A stretch of DNA of 64,000 bases from Stegostoma tigrinum. Its lineage: Eukaryota. A program made the translations under genes and the position numbers. The stretch is from NCBI RefSeq assembly GCF_030684315.1, contig NC_081391.1:13059342-13123341 (forward strand), written 5' to 3'. A model generated the notes under the pieces. The model did no database searches. It had not been told where the DNA came from and saw only the letters and a list, made by a program, of their open reading frames with translations. Below, piece by piece: positions 9,588 to 22,564 of the stretch; position 1 is the stretch's first letter, and every line of letters begins with the position of its first letter.

Positions 9588-11680
9588 TGTGGCCTGGAGT
9601 ACTGTCTGCTTGGTCTGAATGCATTCCCCACTTCACCCTGGACAACCTGTCTCCTTCCAAGGAGAAGGGAATTTTGTAGCAAAGAATGTAATGGCTATAC
9701 CAGCTAAATGGAAATGAATAAAATTATGTATTGATCTTGCTTATTGTCCATCATTCAGAGCTCTGAATACTTTGGGTGATAGCTCTTGCTTGAAGCCAGT
9801 TCTCTTCTGTCATTTGATTGGTCCAATTTCTAATTGGACTGGGCAACCCTTCACGGAATCGCTCACTATCCCCACATTAGAACGTAACTAGATGGAGTGT
9901 TTTTTGGTTATTCCTGTGGAAATTGAAGGTGCTTCTCCTCCAAATAGGATAAGGTTGGGATTTGTCAATTGTGGCATTGGCTTTCTTCTAGAGGACAATT
10001 AGTGCGCTTCTGGATATGGTGGGTTCAACTGTAGCTCAAAGAAATTGTCTTGCTCTGGTGACAGGAAGCTCCCACACCGTCCAAAGAGACTTCTCTACCC
10101 AGCCTGATAGAATTTGGGATAGTGGTGTTCAATTGCACATTTCCCTTGAAATCTCTTCCCCGCCTCAGCCATCCTGCGTACTCAATTATTGCCTGAATGA
10201 TGACAGCAACAAAAAGTGAAGACAGCCCTTTATCAACTGACCCAGCTGCCTAATCACAAACCTCTAAAGGTAGAGGCCCAGCAGGCTCTGATTTCAATCC
10301 AGCTGGCGGAAGCAGCAGAGGTGTGAAACAATCTCGACTGCCTGGTATATCTTTTTTTTTTCCCCATTGGGCCCTACCCTGACCAAAACACACTATATTC
10401 TCAGTATTGTTACTTTTGGTTTCACCATCCCAAACTGTGGCTGGAGCTCTTTCTCTTCCGCCTCTCCCCGCTTCTCTTTTTTTTCCACCCCCCCCCCCCC
10501 GACCCGACCTCTTCGTTCTTTTCTTTCCACGTGCCCCCACCAGCCTAAACATTCACCACAGCCCCTTCCCCTGGGAGTCAGCACAAGACATTCACCTGAA
10601 CTGTACTGTATTATAATGCAGGGCTTCATTGCCGCTTACAGCAGGATAACAGGGACCTGGGAATAACACAGCAATGCAGCTGGTTAAGTGCTGCTGTTTG
10701 ATTGGCTCTTGTTGCTAATGCCAGCATTGAGCGCACTAAGCTGCTCCCTTGGTTCCTCTGAGCTTCCCACATGGTGAACATTACTCCTGATGCAGGTTGA
10801 TTGGGTGAAATCACATTGAAGGAGCAAAGTGGCTCGGAGAGGAGACATGGAGATGCTGACTTTCCTTTACGGCTGCTTCCTTTATCTTTCAAGGTGTCAG
10901 AGATCATGGGTTCGTGAGGGGGCTCTCAGAGACATCCTGAGGATTGTTCCAGGGAGTTTTGTAGCGAGTGCACACTGCAGCCTTCATAGAGGTGGGGGGG
11001 GTGCTGCAGAGTCAAAAAGCACTCAACATATTTGTTCCACCACATAAAGCAATTTATTTTCGGTGAAAATAAGTCTTGGCTACAGTAACCCTCAAGTGCA
11101 GGAAGGGACCATTAGGCCCATTAAATCTGCATCGACCTTCTGAACAGCATCCTCCTTAGACCCAACCCCTTTGCCTTAACTCCACATTTCCCACGGCTAA
11201 TCGACCTAGTCTGCAGGCCCCTGCTCACGATCGACAATCTGTAAATCATTGGGCTGTGTGAGGAAACTCAAGCACCTGGAGGAAATCCACGCAGGCCATC
11301 ACCCATGGGTAGAACCGAACCTGGGTCCCTGGCACTGAGCCGCCAAAACATTCTAAAGTACCAAAGGAAAGGAATACACTGCGGCAAACTACGTCATGGG
11401 AATAGACTCTGCAGCCCAGCCCGAACTTGCAGACCAGGTTTTCATAAACTGTGTAGTGCCATTTGCCTACATTTGGCCCATCTTTCTCGAAACCGTTCCT
11501 TTCCATGTAAATCTCCAAATGTCACTTAAATGTTGTAATTCTATCCACCTCTACCACTTCCTCTAGCAGCTCGTTCCACACACGCACTACACTATGTGTG
11601 AAAATGTTGTCACTCATGCCCCTTTTAAATCTTGCCCCTCTCCCCTCAAACCAATACCCTCTAGTTTTGGACCCCCCCCA

Positions 11681-11865
11681 CCCTGTCCCAGCATGCTTTT
11701 TATATACAGTCAATCTTGAGTGTGCCAATGGCAAGGCTACATTTAGTGCTCAGCAACTCTTACACTTCAGGAGGTGGTGATGAGCTGCTTATTACAGTCC
11801 ACCTGGTGTCAGAGAGACCGGAATGATGCTGCTGCTGCTGCTGTTGCTGAGGAGGGGCTCCTGGG
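11681..11865. other. Conserved upstream element, copy before gene C
   Basis: Direct match to 3675-3852. Confidence 0.75.
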
Positions 11866-12648
11866 ATTTTCATTCACAAACAGGGATATTGTTCCAAGTC
11901 AGGATGGTGACAGAGTTACATGGAGCTGCTTGAGTGTCGTTGGTGCTGCCTCCAGCAAGAACATTGTAAACTATTCCAGCACTACTCCCAACTTCCGCCT
12001 TATTGAGGGTGGGGAGGTTTTGGAAACTCAGGAGTTGAGTACTTCCTGACAGAATTCCCAGCATCTGAATTCGCAGTTTCTGAGCTGTACCATCTACAGA
12101 ACGCAATGTGAACAGGACCAGAAATTGCTCACTTGGAAACATGCTGGGGTGAATCACTAGTTCTACTTCAAACAATGAAAAACGAAACTGGGAGACAGAA
12201 ATGTTCAACGTGCGATACATTTTTAGCAGCAACTGAGACATAGAGGCCTGAGGCCTACTGTGTAGAAGAGGCACTCAGCACATTTAGCGTTTTGCTTTTC
12301 AAACTGGGCTTCAAGGTCAAGGTCAGGGAGATCACATCAGATGCAGAATGGATCCACAAAGTACATCAGTTGCCTGTATTAGATGATCCAAAAGCACATT
12401 ATTTCTGTTGCTGCACAGAAATAGGAAAATGTTCAGATCAACCAAATCGAGCCATTTTTCAAAGAGCTCCAACACTAACGTTCAAAAATTATGACGACTA
12501 ATCCCTCAGAATAGCAATCCGACAGAATTCTGCAAATCTGTGATGAATGTGTCTTAACGCACAACCTCAGATAGAAAAGTGAAGTTTTAGAGTATATTTT
12601 ATTCTCATTTTCAGGGAGATGTCCTTCCAGAATTTGCACTTGTGCGGG

Positions 12649-12838
12649 AGGTCAAAGGTCATTTCAGCAATTTCATCAACAACCAGTTGTCAATTCTGAT
12701 TGATTTTTTGACCCGATTCCCATCCTGCACTGATTGGATGTGGCAGCTGATCAATTGATTAACAAGAGTGATAGGCCATCACTGATGATCTCATTTCCTG
12801 CTTCATAAAATGAGTCTTGGCTCCTGCAGGATAAATAG
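12649..12838 (+). promoter_or_regulatory. Promoter of copy C (TATA changed to GATAAA)
   Basis: Same conserved block; DR1 12649-12661; GGATAAAT at ~12829-12836. Confidence 0.72.
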
Positions 12839-12923
12839 AGTCCCACGGCAGGGATGTTTACTGTTGCTCTTAACTTTGTCATTTTTGTGGTGAGGAAAAT
12901 AAAGCAAGTGTTTCCTTTATAAG

Positions 12924-15900
12924 ATGGCCTCCCAGATCAGTCAGAACTTTCACGAGGATTGTGAAGCTGCTGTCAACAAGCAGATTAATGTGGAGCTCAC
13001 TGCCTCCTATCTCTATCAGTCTTTGGTGAGTGGTGTCTCTGTTGGGTGAAACATACTTCTGTTCTGTTGAAGTGAACTCTTCCCCTTGGATGTAATTAAG
13101 TTGTCTATCTTCTAGACTGAGTTTTGTGGCTCCTACCTCTTTCTCAATGCAGGATGAGTGTGATGTTACTGTAACAATAGTTTGGTGTCTAATGTTACTG
13201 TAACTTGGGTCCCAGTTGGTTGTCAGTGAGATGTGGAGGGTGGAGTGTTCTTGTAGTTACTTGCCTGTCCCATGATGGTGCTGTGACTGGTGGTAATTAT
13301 CGCTTCCTGTGACTTTGTTTGAAACTTGAGGGAACTAATTTAAAAATGAATTGGGACTCACCATTGTGGGAACGGAAGCACCATCAGCTAGTCACTGCTT
13401 TTCTTTTCCCTCCTGTATCCTTGTTTCTATTTGAATCTTGTGGGGATCTGAAGTAAACCTGCCAATTGATACTGAGAATCTTGGTTTCCTATTGCAATCA
13501 GCTTAGAATAGGCTTGTTCTAGCCCTGCAGAGCTGGGCCGAGAGGTGGCAAATGGAGTTTAATGCAGACAAGTGTGAGGTGATGCACTTTGGTAGGAGTA
13601 ACCGGAAGGCAAAGTACAGGGCTAATGGTAAGATTCTTGGTAGTGTAGATGAGCAGAGAGATCTGTGTCGATAGACACGGATTGTTGAAAGTTGCCACCC
13701 AGGTTGACAGGGCAATTAAGGCAGTGTTTGGTCTTTAATTAATAGAGGATTGAGTTCTGGAACCAAGAGGTTATGGTGAAGCTGTACAAAACTCTGGTGC
13801 AGTTGCACTTGGAGTATTGCGTACAGTTCTGGTCACTGCATTATAAGGATGTGAAGCTTTGCAAAGGGTGTAGAGGAGATCTACTAGGATGTTGCCTGGT
13901 ATGGAGGGAAGATCTTGTGAGGAAAGGCTGAGGGACTTGAGGCTCTCTTCATGAGAGAGAAGAAGGTTGAGAGGTGACTTAATTGAAACATATAAAATAA
14001 TCAGAGGGCTAGATAGGGTGGATAGGGAGAGCCTTTTTCCTAGATGGTGATGGTGAGCATGAGGTGGGGTAGCTTTAAATTGAGGGCTGATAAATATAGG
14101 ACAGATGTCAGAGGTAGTTTCTTTACTCAGTAAGGGAATGCAATGCTTTGCCTGTGACAGTAGTAGATTTGCCCACTTTAGGTACACTTAAGTCATCATT
14201 GGATAAGCAAATGGGCGTACATGGAATAGTGTAGGTTAGATGGGCTTGAGATCAGTATGACAAGTCGACACAACATCAAGGGCTGAAGGGCCTGCACTTT
14301 GCTGTTATGTTCTAGTTTCAGATTAAACTGGGTGAGGTTGTGACTCTTATCTGATTAAGCAGATCTCCATTTGAAATCTACTTTGCTTTTCTTCATACTC
14401 ATGAGGTGGGTGTGGGCTGTCTGTATGTCAAGTGTTGGAGCTTTTCAAAGGCACAGCACTGCCATGGGGCTGAGAATGGACGAAGGGTACTGACCCAGTG
14501 ACTATGGTAAAAAGTTTATGCCTGTTGTATTTGGCCTGATTCTAAACTAACTGGCCCCTCTTTGCCCAGGTGGGGTGCTTGTGCCCTTCCAAGGGGTAGA
14601 ATGTGTTTAGAAGGTGTTTACGTAACCTTAGTGTGTGTTTTAGGGTGCTCTCTGAGCTTGTCCCTGTCAGCAGGAAGTCTCCTCCTGATGAGGATCAAGC
14701 CCCTGTCAGCCCCACTTTGGGAGGGGGAACAGCTTTCATTGAGCTAGCAGTTGGGTTTTAATCACTGACCCACTGTCCCAACACACCTTGTAAGCATGTG
14801 CCAGGAATGAAATCCTTACTATTCTACATCTTCTAACTGCACATTTAAATCGCAAAGATAAATTGTGCTTGTGTTTGCATTTGAGAATTGAAGCAACTTT
14901 TTTCAGCAGGATTCGTAAGAATGTGCTTGTTACCGGCTGCTTCCAATAGCAGACCTGTTAAACCTCAATACATTGAATTGTGAACATCCTGGTTTAGAAA
15001 TCTACAGGACTTTGCCTGTTGGATTAAGTCAACAGTGGTTTTTCCAGGTTAATGAGGGATCTTGTCTAGAGAGTAGTTGATCTGCAGATCACTGTCATAT
15101 TTGTCATGTGATCAGTTTCTTTTGTCAGTCTTTCTTTCATGTGTAATGGTACAAGTTGCTAGCAGTCTGAGTCAGTGCAGCTGTTTTAGATGCAGCAGTA
15201 AACTGTTGCAGTAACAATCCAAAGGCTGTCCTTAGGCAGGCTTTCCTTGGCAGATTCTTGGAGCTAACCTCCTTCATTATCTCCTCATGCCTCCCCAGCC
15301 ACCCCAATACTGCAGTTCTTGTCAAACTAATAGATACAGTGCATCCAATTGCATTGATCCTGACTAAGCAGAAAATGTGCTCCTTCCTAGCTGTTAATTG
15401 CAGTGTCTAGGATCTGTTTTCTGGTCTTTGCCAAAGCAGCAATACAGTGCCCTGCAGCTGTTCTATTGGTGTAAATCCTGCGCTCCAGCCCTTGGCATTT
15501 CTTGAAACCCTATTCAATCAAAGATTTATCCCATTTCTAGTGGAGGTTAATCAGTAAAAACATCAATTCACACTTGTTCTCACCAAATGCTGTGCCAGAC
15601 CCTCCTGGGCAATTTGCCAGGAGTTTCAAACCAAAATAAAACACATGGTATTTACAGCTTACCTGGAGGAAGCTGGGATTGTTTTGATTTTTCCAATTCA
15701 ACAGCAACTGCTCAAAACTGGGTTCTGAATTGTTAATGCATCAGGTACTTAACAGCTTATTGTCAGTTTGACTTTTTGAGAATGCTCAAGTAGCCCTGTA
15801 GTTCTGAACTGAAATTGGCCCACGACTTGTTAATGGACTTTACCTTGTTCTCCCTTCCAGATGTCCTACTTTGACCGGGACGATGTTGCCCTTCCCCATT

Positions 15901-18130
15901 TTTCCCAGTTCTTCAAACATGAGTCTCAGGAGAAGCGGGAACATGCAGAGAAGCTGCTGAAATTCCCGAATCAGCGTGGAGGCAGAGTCTTCCTCCAGGA
16001 TGTGAAGGTTGGAGTTGGGTGGGGAATGGGATGGTCATGGCTGCTCTTGTGGTGTGGTTTCAAGTCAGTGACAAGGTTTTCATTTGAGTCAAAACTTTGT
16101 TCAACCTGTTTGATCTCCTTTTTGAATCCAGTGTAGAAAGAAGCCCTTTCGCCCACCATGTCTATGCTGACCGCACAAACACTAAACAACATTAATCCCA
16201 CTTACCTGCCCTTGGTCCACAGGCCACTGTCCTGGCACTAAGTACTTGTCCAGCTGGACCTTAAACTGATCTGGAGTAGCTGACTCCACCACCATTCAAA
16301 CATTTTAGGTGGGTCATCTCATATTTCTAACAACCCCTCGGAGGAGGGTGAAGAGAAAGTTTCCTCCAATCCCCTCTAACCTGCTTACTCCACAAACCTG
16401 GTTTCTCTCTGGTCTTGGTGTCTGCCATGGGGAAGACATTCCATCAACTGGCCACTCTCTATTCTTCAATAATTACATCAGGTTACTCCCTCAGCTGTTC
16501 CTGCTCCACAGAAAATCCCAGCCTATCTAACATCCAATCAATGGATCTTGGGCAACAGCCTGGGGAACCTCACCAGCTTCCCCCTGCAGTGCCATCCTGT
16601 CCAGGTGACTGGTGAGGCCAAAGAGGGAATAATGTGGTGACTAGAAGAACAAATTGTAACAAGACTGGTCCCCTTCCTGTTCCACCCCACCAAACTAATA
16701 GAGGTTGCTTGCCCTCTGTCACTGTTACACCCTGTTGACCTTGTCTGAACTTTGAGGGATCTATGGTTGTGGGCCTTTCTTAACTGTTAGCAGCACAACA
16801 CACTTTGCAAACACCTCGCTGTCCCTTGGATGAATTAAATAGCCGTGATGTTTCTGATCATCCTGCTCAGGCATGTATGAAGCCACCAGCACAAGTGGTA
16901 CTTGAACCTTGGCCTTGTCAGCCAGAGACAGGGGCACTACCACTGTACCATGACAGCATTTAGGATTCACTCGTGAATATCCTCGCAATTCCATCAGATG
17001 GACCCTGATGCAAATCTTGTCATTATCCCCCACAATGACCTGTTATTCACCTTCCTCCTTCAGATCAAGGACCGACAGGCAAGGTGAAAGCAATTCTGAA
17101 GGAACTGTTCTTCAGCTGTGCTCCAGGGCTGCCTCAGGGGCTAGCAGTGTTCTCAGTGCTAGGGACACAGGTCTGGATCTGGCCTCTGGTGAGGGACTGG
17201 TGTTGACATGTCCTCCCCATGTCTGCGTTGGTGTCCTCAGAGTATAAGAGGATTGGCCATCTGAAATGCAGGGTTACAGGAATAGGGTGGGAGAAGGACG
17301 AGTTGGGATCCTCTTCAGAGCAGTTACAGACTGATCCACGTTGTAGAGATTCTGAAGCTTAACTGTCCTTCTTTTCCCTCCTCCAGAAGCCAGAGAGGGA
17401 TGAGTGGGGTAACAGCCTGCAGGCAATGCAGGTTGCCCTGGATCTGGAGAAGAATGTGAACCAGAGTTTGCTGGATCTACACCAAGTCGCCACTGCCCAG
17501 ACTGACCCTCATGTCAGCTTCACCTCCTCATTGACTTCACTGCTAGGCCCTCAGGGCAACACCTTCATTGGTTGGTCTTTTGTGGATTAGAAAATCAGTT
17601 AGACTTTGTTTTTGTGCAGATGACATGGATCACTTCAGATCCATAGTGATTACAAAATCATTGCTGAGCAGTTGAGTCCAAGTATGTATTTTAACTTGTA
17701 AACCTATGGGGAGGACTGAGGGGATATTGGTCACTGAATTCTCATTCAGAACCACTGCAGTGGAATGACTTTTGTCCATCAAGTCAACTCTGCTCCAGTA
17801 AATAAACAGCAAGATGAAGCAGCTAAAAAGCAGTTGTCCTCTTTGCACAATTTCTCCAGGCGTTGGCTCTAGTCATCCCTGACAATCTCCCTCCATATGC
17901 ACGTTTTTCAGTGGGGATTCTGAAGTTGTCTTGGATAGTGTTAATGTACCAAGTGTCATATTCCTCTGTTGCAGCTGTGTGACTTCCTGGAGACTCACTA
18001 TTTGGATGAGGAGGTGGAGATCATCAAGCAACTTGGGGACTACATCACCAACCTGAAGCGCCTGGGAGCCCCTGAGAATGGGATGGGAGAGTACCTGTTT
18101 GACAGGCTCTCCCTGGAGGACAGCAGTTAG
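12924..18130 (+). CDS. Ferritin subunit, copy C, 176 aa, 4 exons
   Basis: Exons 12924-13025, 15861-16007, 17387-17512, 17975-18130; open frame. Carries Q>P in KFPNQRGG and a TATA>GATA change; AATAAA at 18258-18263. Confidence 0.92.
13526..14314 (+). mobile_element. CR1 LINE 3' fragment in intron 1 of C
   Basis: Matches 21285-22085 (CTGCAGAGCTGGGC...GGAGTATTG...TTATGTTCTA). Confidence 0.88.
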
Positions 18131-19873
18131 TGTGGCCTGGAGTACTGTCTGCTTGGTCTGAATGCATTCCCCACTTCACCCTGGACAATCTGTCTCCTTC
18201 CAGGGAGAAGGGGCTTGGAGCAAAGAATGTAATGGCTGTACTAGCCAAATGGAAATGAATAAAATGATCTCTTGATCTCCGTTCCTGTGCATCATTTTGA
18301 GACCAGTGATACCTCTCTTTGGTCAATCAAGCTTTCTTGCCTCACTTGACCACTGCTTTTCCCCAACCCCTTTGGACAGACTCCAGGCCTATGGGAGCCA
18401 GTTGTGGTTCAAATGGGGCCTGTGACCTACCCTTACGACAACCATCAACTGGTGGTCCTGCTGACCAGTTCACTTTGTCACTGAAGTCTGCTGCTCCTCC
18501 CAGGGGCCCTTGGGTTTTCTGAACTTTCTTGGTTCAACTGCGTAGATTTGTTTTTCCCCGGAAGGAATCCAAAATTCCTTAAAGGGGCTTCCTCAGTTTT
18601 TAGCTTTCTTTCCTTCGCCCAGGGCTCAGGCCCTCCCCATAACTGGAAGTCCACCAGCCCTGAGCTGGGGAAATTCAGCCCAAACATTCTCAACAGTCAC
18701 ATTCCAGAGAATCATCTCCAGATTCTCTGGGGCTACTTGATTGATAGTGGATGCTCTTGATACCATAAATACAAGGATTGGTGACCTGGGGCTTGGATGA
18801 TAGCCCATGGTTCAAAATACTCACATTTGGTTTAAGCTTGCAGCTACAACTGGCCTCTGACTGTTGAAGGGTTTGTACAAAAAGCTGCTGCCTTGTTTCT
18901 TGGAACCTTTCCATGGGCTGATGAAATTTTTTTTGACCCAGTGAGGGAGCAGGGATTTCTGGGGAAGTTGGGGACTGTCTCCTTCAGTCAAGATGCCTGG
19001 ACATGCTGACTTTGCTGTACAACTGTTTTCTTGATCATTCAAGGTGTCTGATCATGGGTTAGGGAGGGGGTGATCAGAGACAGCCCAGAGATTGTCTTGT
19101 TTTGGCGTGAGTGCACACTGTAGCCTTAGAGTGTGGGTCATTAAGGTACTGAATATATTTGTTCCATCACAAAAATCCTTGTTGTTTGGCCCAGTCTCTA
19201 TCATTCGTGATAGAATCCCTGCTCTCTGGCAAGAGGCCATTTGACCCAGGTAGCATCAACCTTCTGACCAGCATCCTGCTCAGTCCCACCCCAGTCCTTT
19301 AACCCTGTGTCTTCCCCATGGCTAATCCAGCTTGCCCCTTGTCAATATCGCCAACTTAGCATTGCCTATCCACTTGACCAGCAAATAGTTCAGATGGTGG
19401 GTGGGAAACCAAACAGACACTGTAAATGTACAAACTCCCCAGGGTGCCCTAAGGCTGTAATAAATCCCATGTCGCTGTGAGGTAAGTGTTCGTTACTGAG
19501 ACACTGTCTCACCCTAAAGTACCGAACAAAGGAATATGCTGTTGCATACTGTCAGAGTCCTACAGCAGAGATACAGGTTGTTTGGCTCAAACTGTCCAGG
19601 CCGAGCAGTGTTCCAAATCTGAACTAGTTGTGTTTGCCCCGTTTCCCTCAACCAGCCCTTTCCCTGGAAATCACCAAATGTCTTTTAACAACTGCAATTG
19701 CACCCACTTCTCCTGCTTCATATAGCAGCTCATTCTTGACCTAAACCATTTTCTGTGGGAAAAGCTCTTCTTCAGCTTCCCCCCCCCCCCCTCCCCCACA
19801 CACACACCAACCAACCCCACATGCCTGTGTGTGAAAACATTGCCCCTACCACCTCTAGTTTTGGACTCCCCTA

Positions 19874-20043
19874 CCCTGTCCCAGCATGCTTACTGTATAC
19901 AGTCAAGCGTGAGTCTGCGAAGGGCAAGGCCACATTTCGTGCTCAGCAAGTGTTACACTTCAGGAGGTGGTGATGAGCTGGTCATTACAGTCCACCTGGT
20001 GTAGGAGAGACCGGAATGATGCTGCTGAGGAGGGGCTTCTGGG
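19874..20043. other. Conserved upstream element, copy before gene D
   Basis: Direct match to 3675-3852 (most diverged copy). Confidence 0.72.
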
Positions 20044-20609
20044 ATTTTCATTCACAAACAGGGATATTTTCCCAAGTCAGGATGGTGACAGACTTACATG
20101 GAGCTCCATTGCGTGTTGTTGGTGCTGCCTCCAGCCAGAACATTGAAAACTGTTCCAGCATTACTCACTCCTAACTTCAGTCTTATTGATGGTGGACCGG
20201 CTTTGGAAAGTTACAAGTTGTGTAATCACAACAGAATTCCCTGCCTCTGACTTCCCAGTTTTTGAGCTGTTCACTCTACAGAATGCAATGAAAACTGTAA
20301 CAGATACTGTCACCTTGGAAACATGCTGGCGTTAAGCGCTGATTCAACTTCAACAATGTAAAACCAAACATGGAGACAGAAATGTTCAACGTGCGATACA
20401 TTTCTAGCAGCAGCTGAGACACAGAACCCTGAGGCCTACTGTGTATAAGAGGCACTCAGCACATTTAGCATCTTGCTTTTCAAACTGGGCTTCATGCGAC
20501 CCTAAGTCACGGTGATCACAGCAGATTCAGAATGGATCTACAAAGGACATCGGTTGCCTGTAGCAGACGATCCAAAAGCACGTTATTCTGTTACTGCACA
20601 GAAATAGGA

Positions 20610-22107
20610 AAATGTTCATATCAACCAAATCAGGGCATTTTACAAAGATGAGGATAGCAAAGGTCATTCCCCTGTTCAGAGGATAGCAAATGTGGTTCCC
20701 CTGTGCAAGAAGGGGAGTAGAGACAACCTGGTAATTGTAGACCAGTCAGCCTTACCTCAGTTGTTGGTAAAGTGTTGAAAAAGGTTACAAGGGATAGGAT
20801 TTATAATTATCTCGAAAAGAATAAATTGGTTAGGGATAGTCAGCATGGTTTTGTGAAGGGAAGGTCGTGCCTCACAAACCTTATTGAATTCTTTCAGAAG
20901 GTGAGCAAACAGGTATTTGAGAGTAAACCGGTTGATGTGGTGCATATGGATTTCAGCAAGTCGTTCGATAAGGTTCGCCACAGTAGGCTATTGTACAAAA
21001 TGCGGAGGAATGGAATTGTGGGAGATATAGCAGTTTGGATTGGAAATTGGCTTGCTGAAAGAAGACAGAGGGTGGTCGTTGATGGGAAATGTTCATCCTG
21101 GAGACCAGTTACTAGTGGTGTACTGCAAGGGTCGGTGTTGGGTCCACTGCTGTTTGTCATTTTTATAAATGACCTGGATGAGTTTGTAGAAGGATGGGTT
21201 AGCAAATTTGCAGACGACACTAAGGTCAGTGGAGTTGTGGACAGTGACGAAGGATGCTGTAGGTCACAGAGAGACATAGATAAGCTGCAGAGCTGGGCTG
21301 AGAAGTGGCAAATGGAGTTTAATGCAGACAGGTGTGAGGTGATGCACTTTTGTAGGAGTAACTGGAAGGCAAAGTACAGGGCTAATGGTAAGATTCTTGA
21401 TGGTGTAGATGAGCAGAGAGATCACGGTGTCCATGTACACAGATTCTTGAAAGTTGCCACCCAGGTTGACAGGGTGGTTTAGAAGGCATACAATGGTTTG
21501 GCTTTTATTAATAGAGGGATTGAGTTCCAGAACCAAGAGGTTATGGTGAAGCTGTACAAAACTCTGGTTAGGCCGCACTTGGAGTATTGTGTACAGTTCT
21601 GGTCACCCCATTATAAGAAGGATGTAGAAGCTTTGGAAAGGGTGCAGAGGAGATTTACTAGGATGTTGCCTGGTATGGAGGGAAGGTCTTACGAGGAAAT
21701 GCTGAGGGACTTGAGGCTGTTTTCATTCGAGAGAAGAAGCTTGAGAGGTGACTTAATTGAAACATATAAAATAATTAGAGGGTTGGATAAGGAGAGCCTT
21801 TTTCCTAGGATGGTGACAGCGAGCACGAGGGGGCATTGCTTTAAATTGAGGTGTGAACGATATAGGACAGATTTCAGAGGTAGTTTCTCTCCTCAGAGTA
21901 GTGAGGGAATGGAACGCTTTGCCTGCAACGGTAGTAGATTCGCCAACTTTAGGTACATTTGAGTCGTCATTGGACGAGCATCTGGACGTACATGGAATAG
22001 TGTAGGTTAGATGGGCTTCATATCGGTATGACTGGTCGGCACAACATCGAGGGCCGAAGGGCCTGTACTGTGCTGTAATGTTCTATGTTTTATGTTCTAT
22101 ATTCTAT
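20610..22107 (+). mobile_element. CR1-clade LINE, 5'-truncated (RT ORF2 3' part, one in-frame stop)
   Basis: ORFs 20772-21482 and 21498-21962 with [51 protein letters not shown]; (TTCTATG)-type microsatellite tail at ~22078-22107; splits the GCCATTTT...GGCTCCAAC motif that is contiguous in other units. Confidence 0.92.
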
Positions 22108-22291
22108 GGCTCCAACACCAACGTTCAAAAGTTATGACGACTATTCCCTCAGATTAACAATCCGACGAAATTGTGCAAATCTGTGATGACTGAGTCTTAA
22201 TGCACAACCTCAGATACACAAGTGAAGGTTTAGAGTATATTTTATTGTCATTTTGTGGCAAATACATTTACAGAATGTGCACTTGTACAGG

Positions 22292-22478
22292 AGGTCAAAG
22301 GTCATTCAGCAATTCCATCATCGACCAGTTGTCAACTGTGTTTCGTTTCTGGATCCAGTTCCCATCCTGCACTGATTGGACGTGGCAGCTGATCAACTGA
22401 TCATCAAGAGTGATTGGCCATCACTGATGATGTCATTTCCTGCTTCATAAAAAGAGGGTCTGCCCCTGGGGTATAAAT
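22292..22478 (+). promoter_or_regulatory. Promoter of copy D
   Basis: DR1 22292-22304, two ATTGG, CAGCTG, TGATGTCA, TATAAAT 22472-22478. Confidence 0.8.
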
Positions 22479-22564
22479 AGAGTCCCACGGGAATGATGTT
22501 GATTGTTCTTCCTAATTTTGTTATTTTGGTGGTGAGGAAAATAAAAGAAATTTATTGTCACAAG

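Larger units (their letters stand above)
945..9986 (+). repeat. Segmental duplication, copy 1 (pairs with 54940-64000)
   Basis: Colinear near-identity including introns and spacer at an offset of ~54.0 kb; matching incidental ORFs (4273-4572 vs 58265-58564, 9099-9299 vs 63111-63311). Confidence 0.92.
12690..19873 (+). repeat. Unit C duplicated as unit F (~38850-48234, which has an extra Penelope insertion)
   Basis: Shared 5' UTR, CR1 insertion, intron 2 (ORF 17008-17247 vs 42957-43196) and downstream spacer. Confidence 0.88.

Noticed and set aside
11598-12049. Recurring ORFs ...PACFLYTVNLECANGKATFSAQQLLHFRRW and MSCLLQSTWC.RDRNDAAAAEEGLLG in most units, as a hidden small-protein gene
   Set aside because: They are translations of the conserved element. 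Starts, lengths and frames vary, differences between copies are largely non-synonymous, and the flanks run into LINE remnants.
20610-20710. CAAAGGTCATTC inside the duplicated 5' junction of the CR1 as an extra DR1 site
   Set aside because: Single copy, half-site only, within a ~29-bp junction duplication typical of LINE 5' truncation.
22493-22564. In-frame hydrophobic N-terminal extension [16 protein letters not shown] of copy D as a signal peptide (secreted ferritin)
   Set aside because: The ATGs lie only 21-24 nt after the TATA start, probably before the TSS, and the equivalent frames in C, F and G are out of frame or stopped. Hydrophobicity reflects T-rich DNA.
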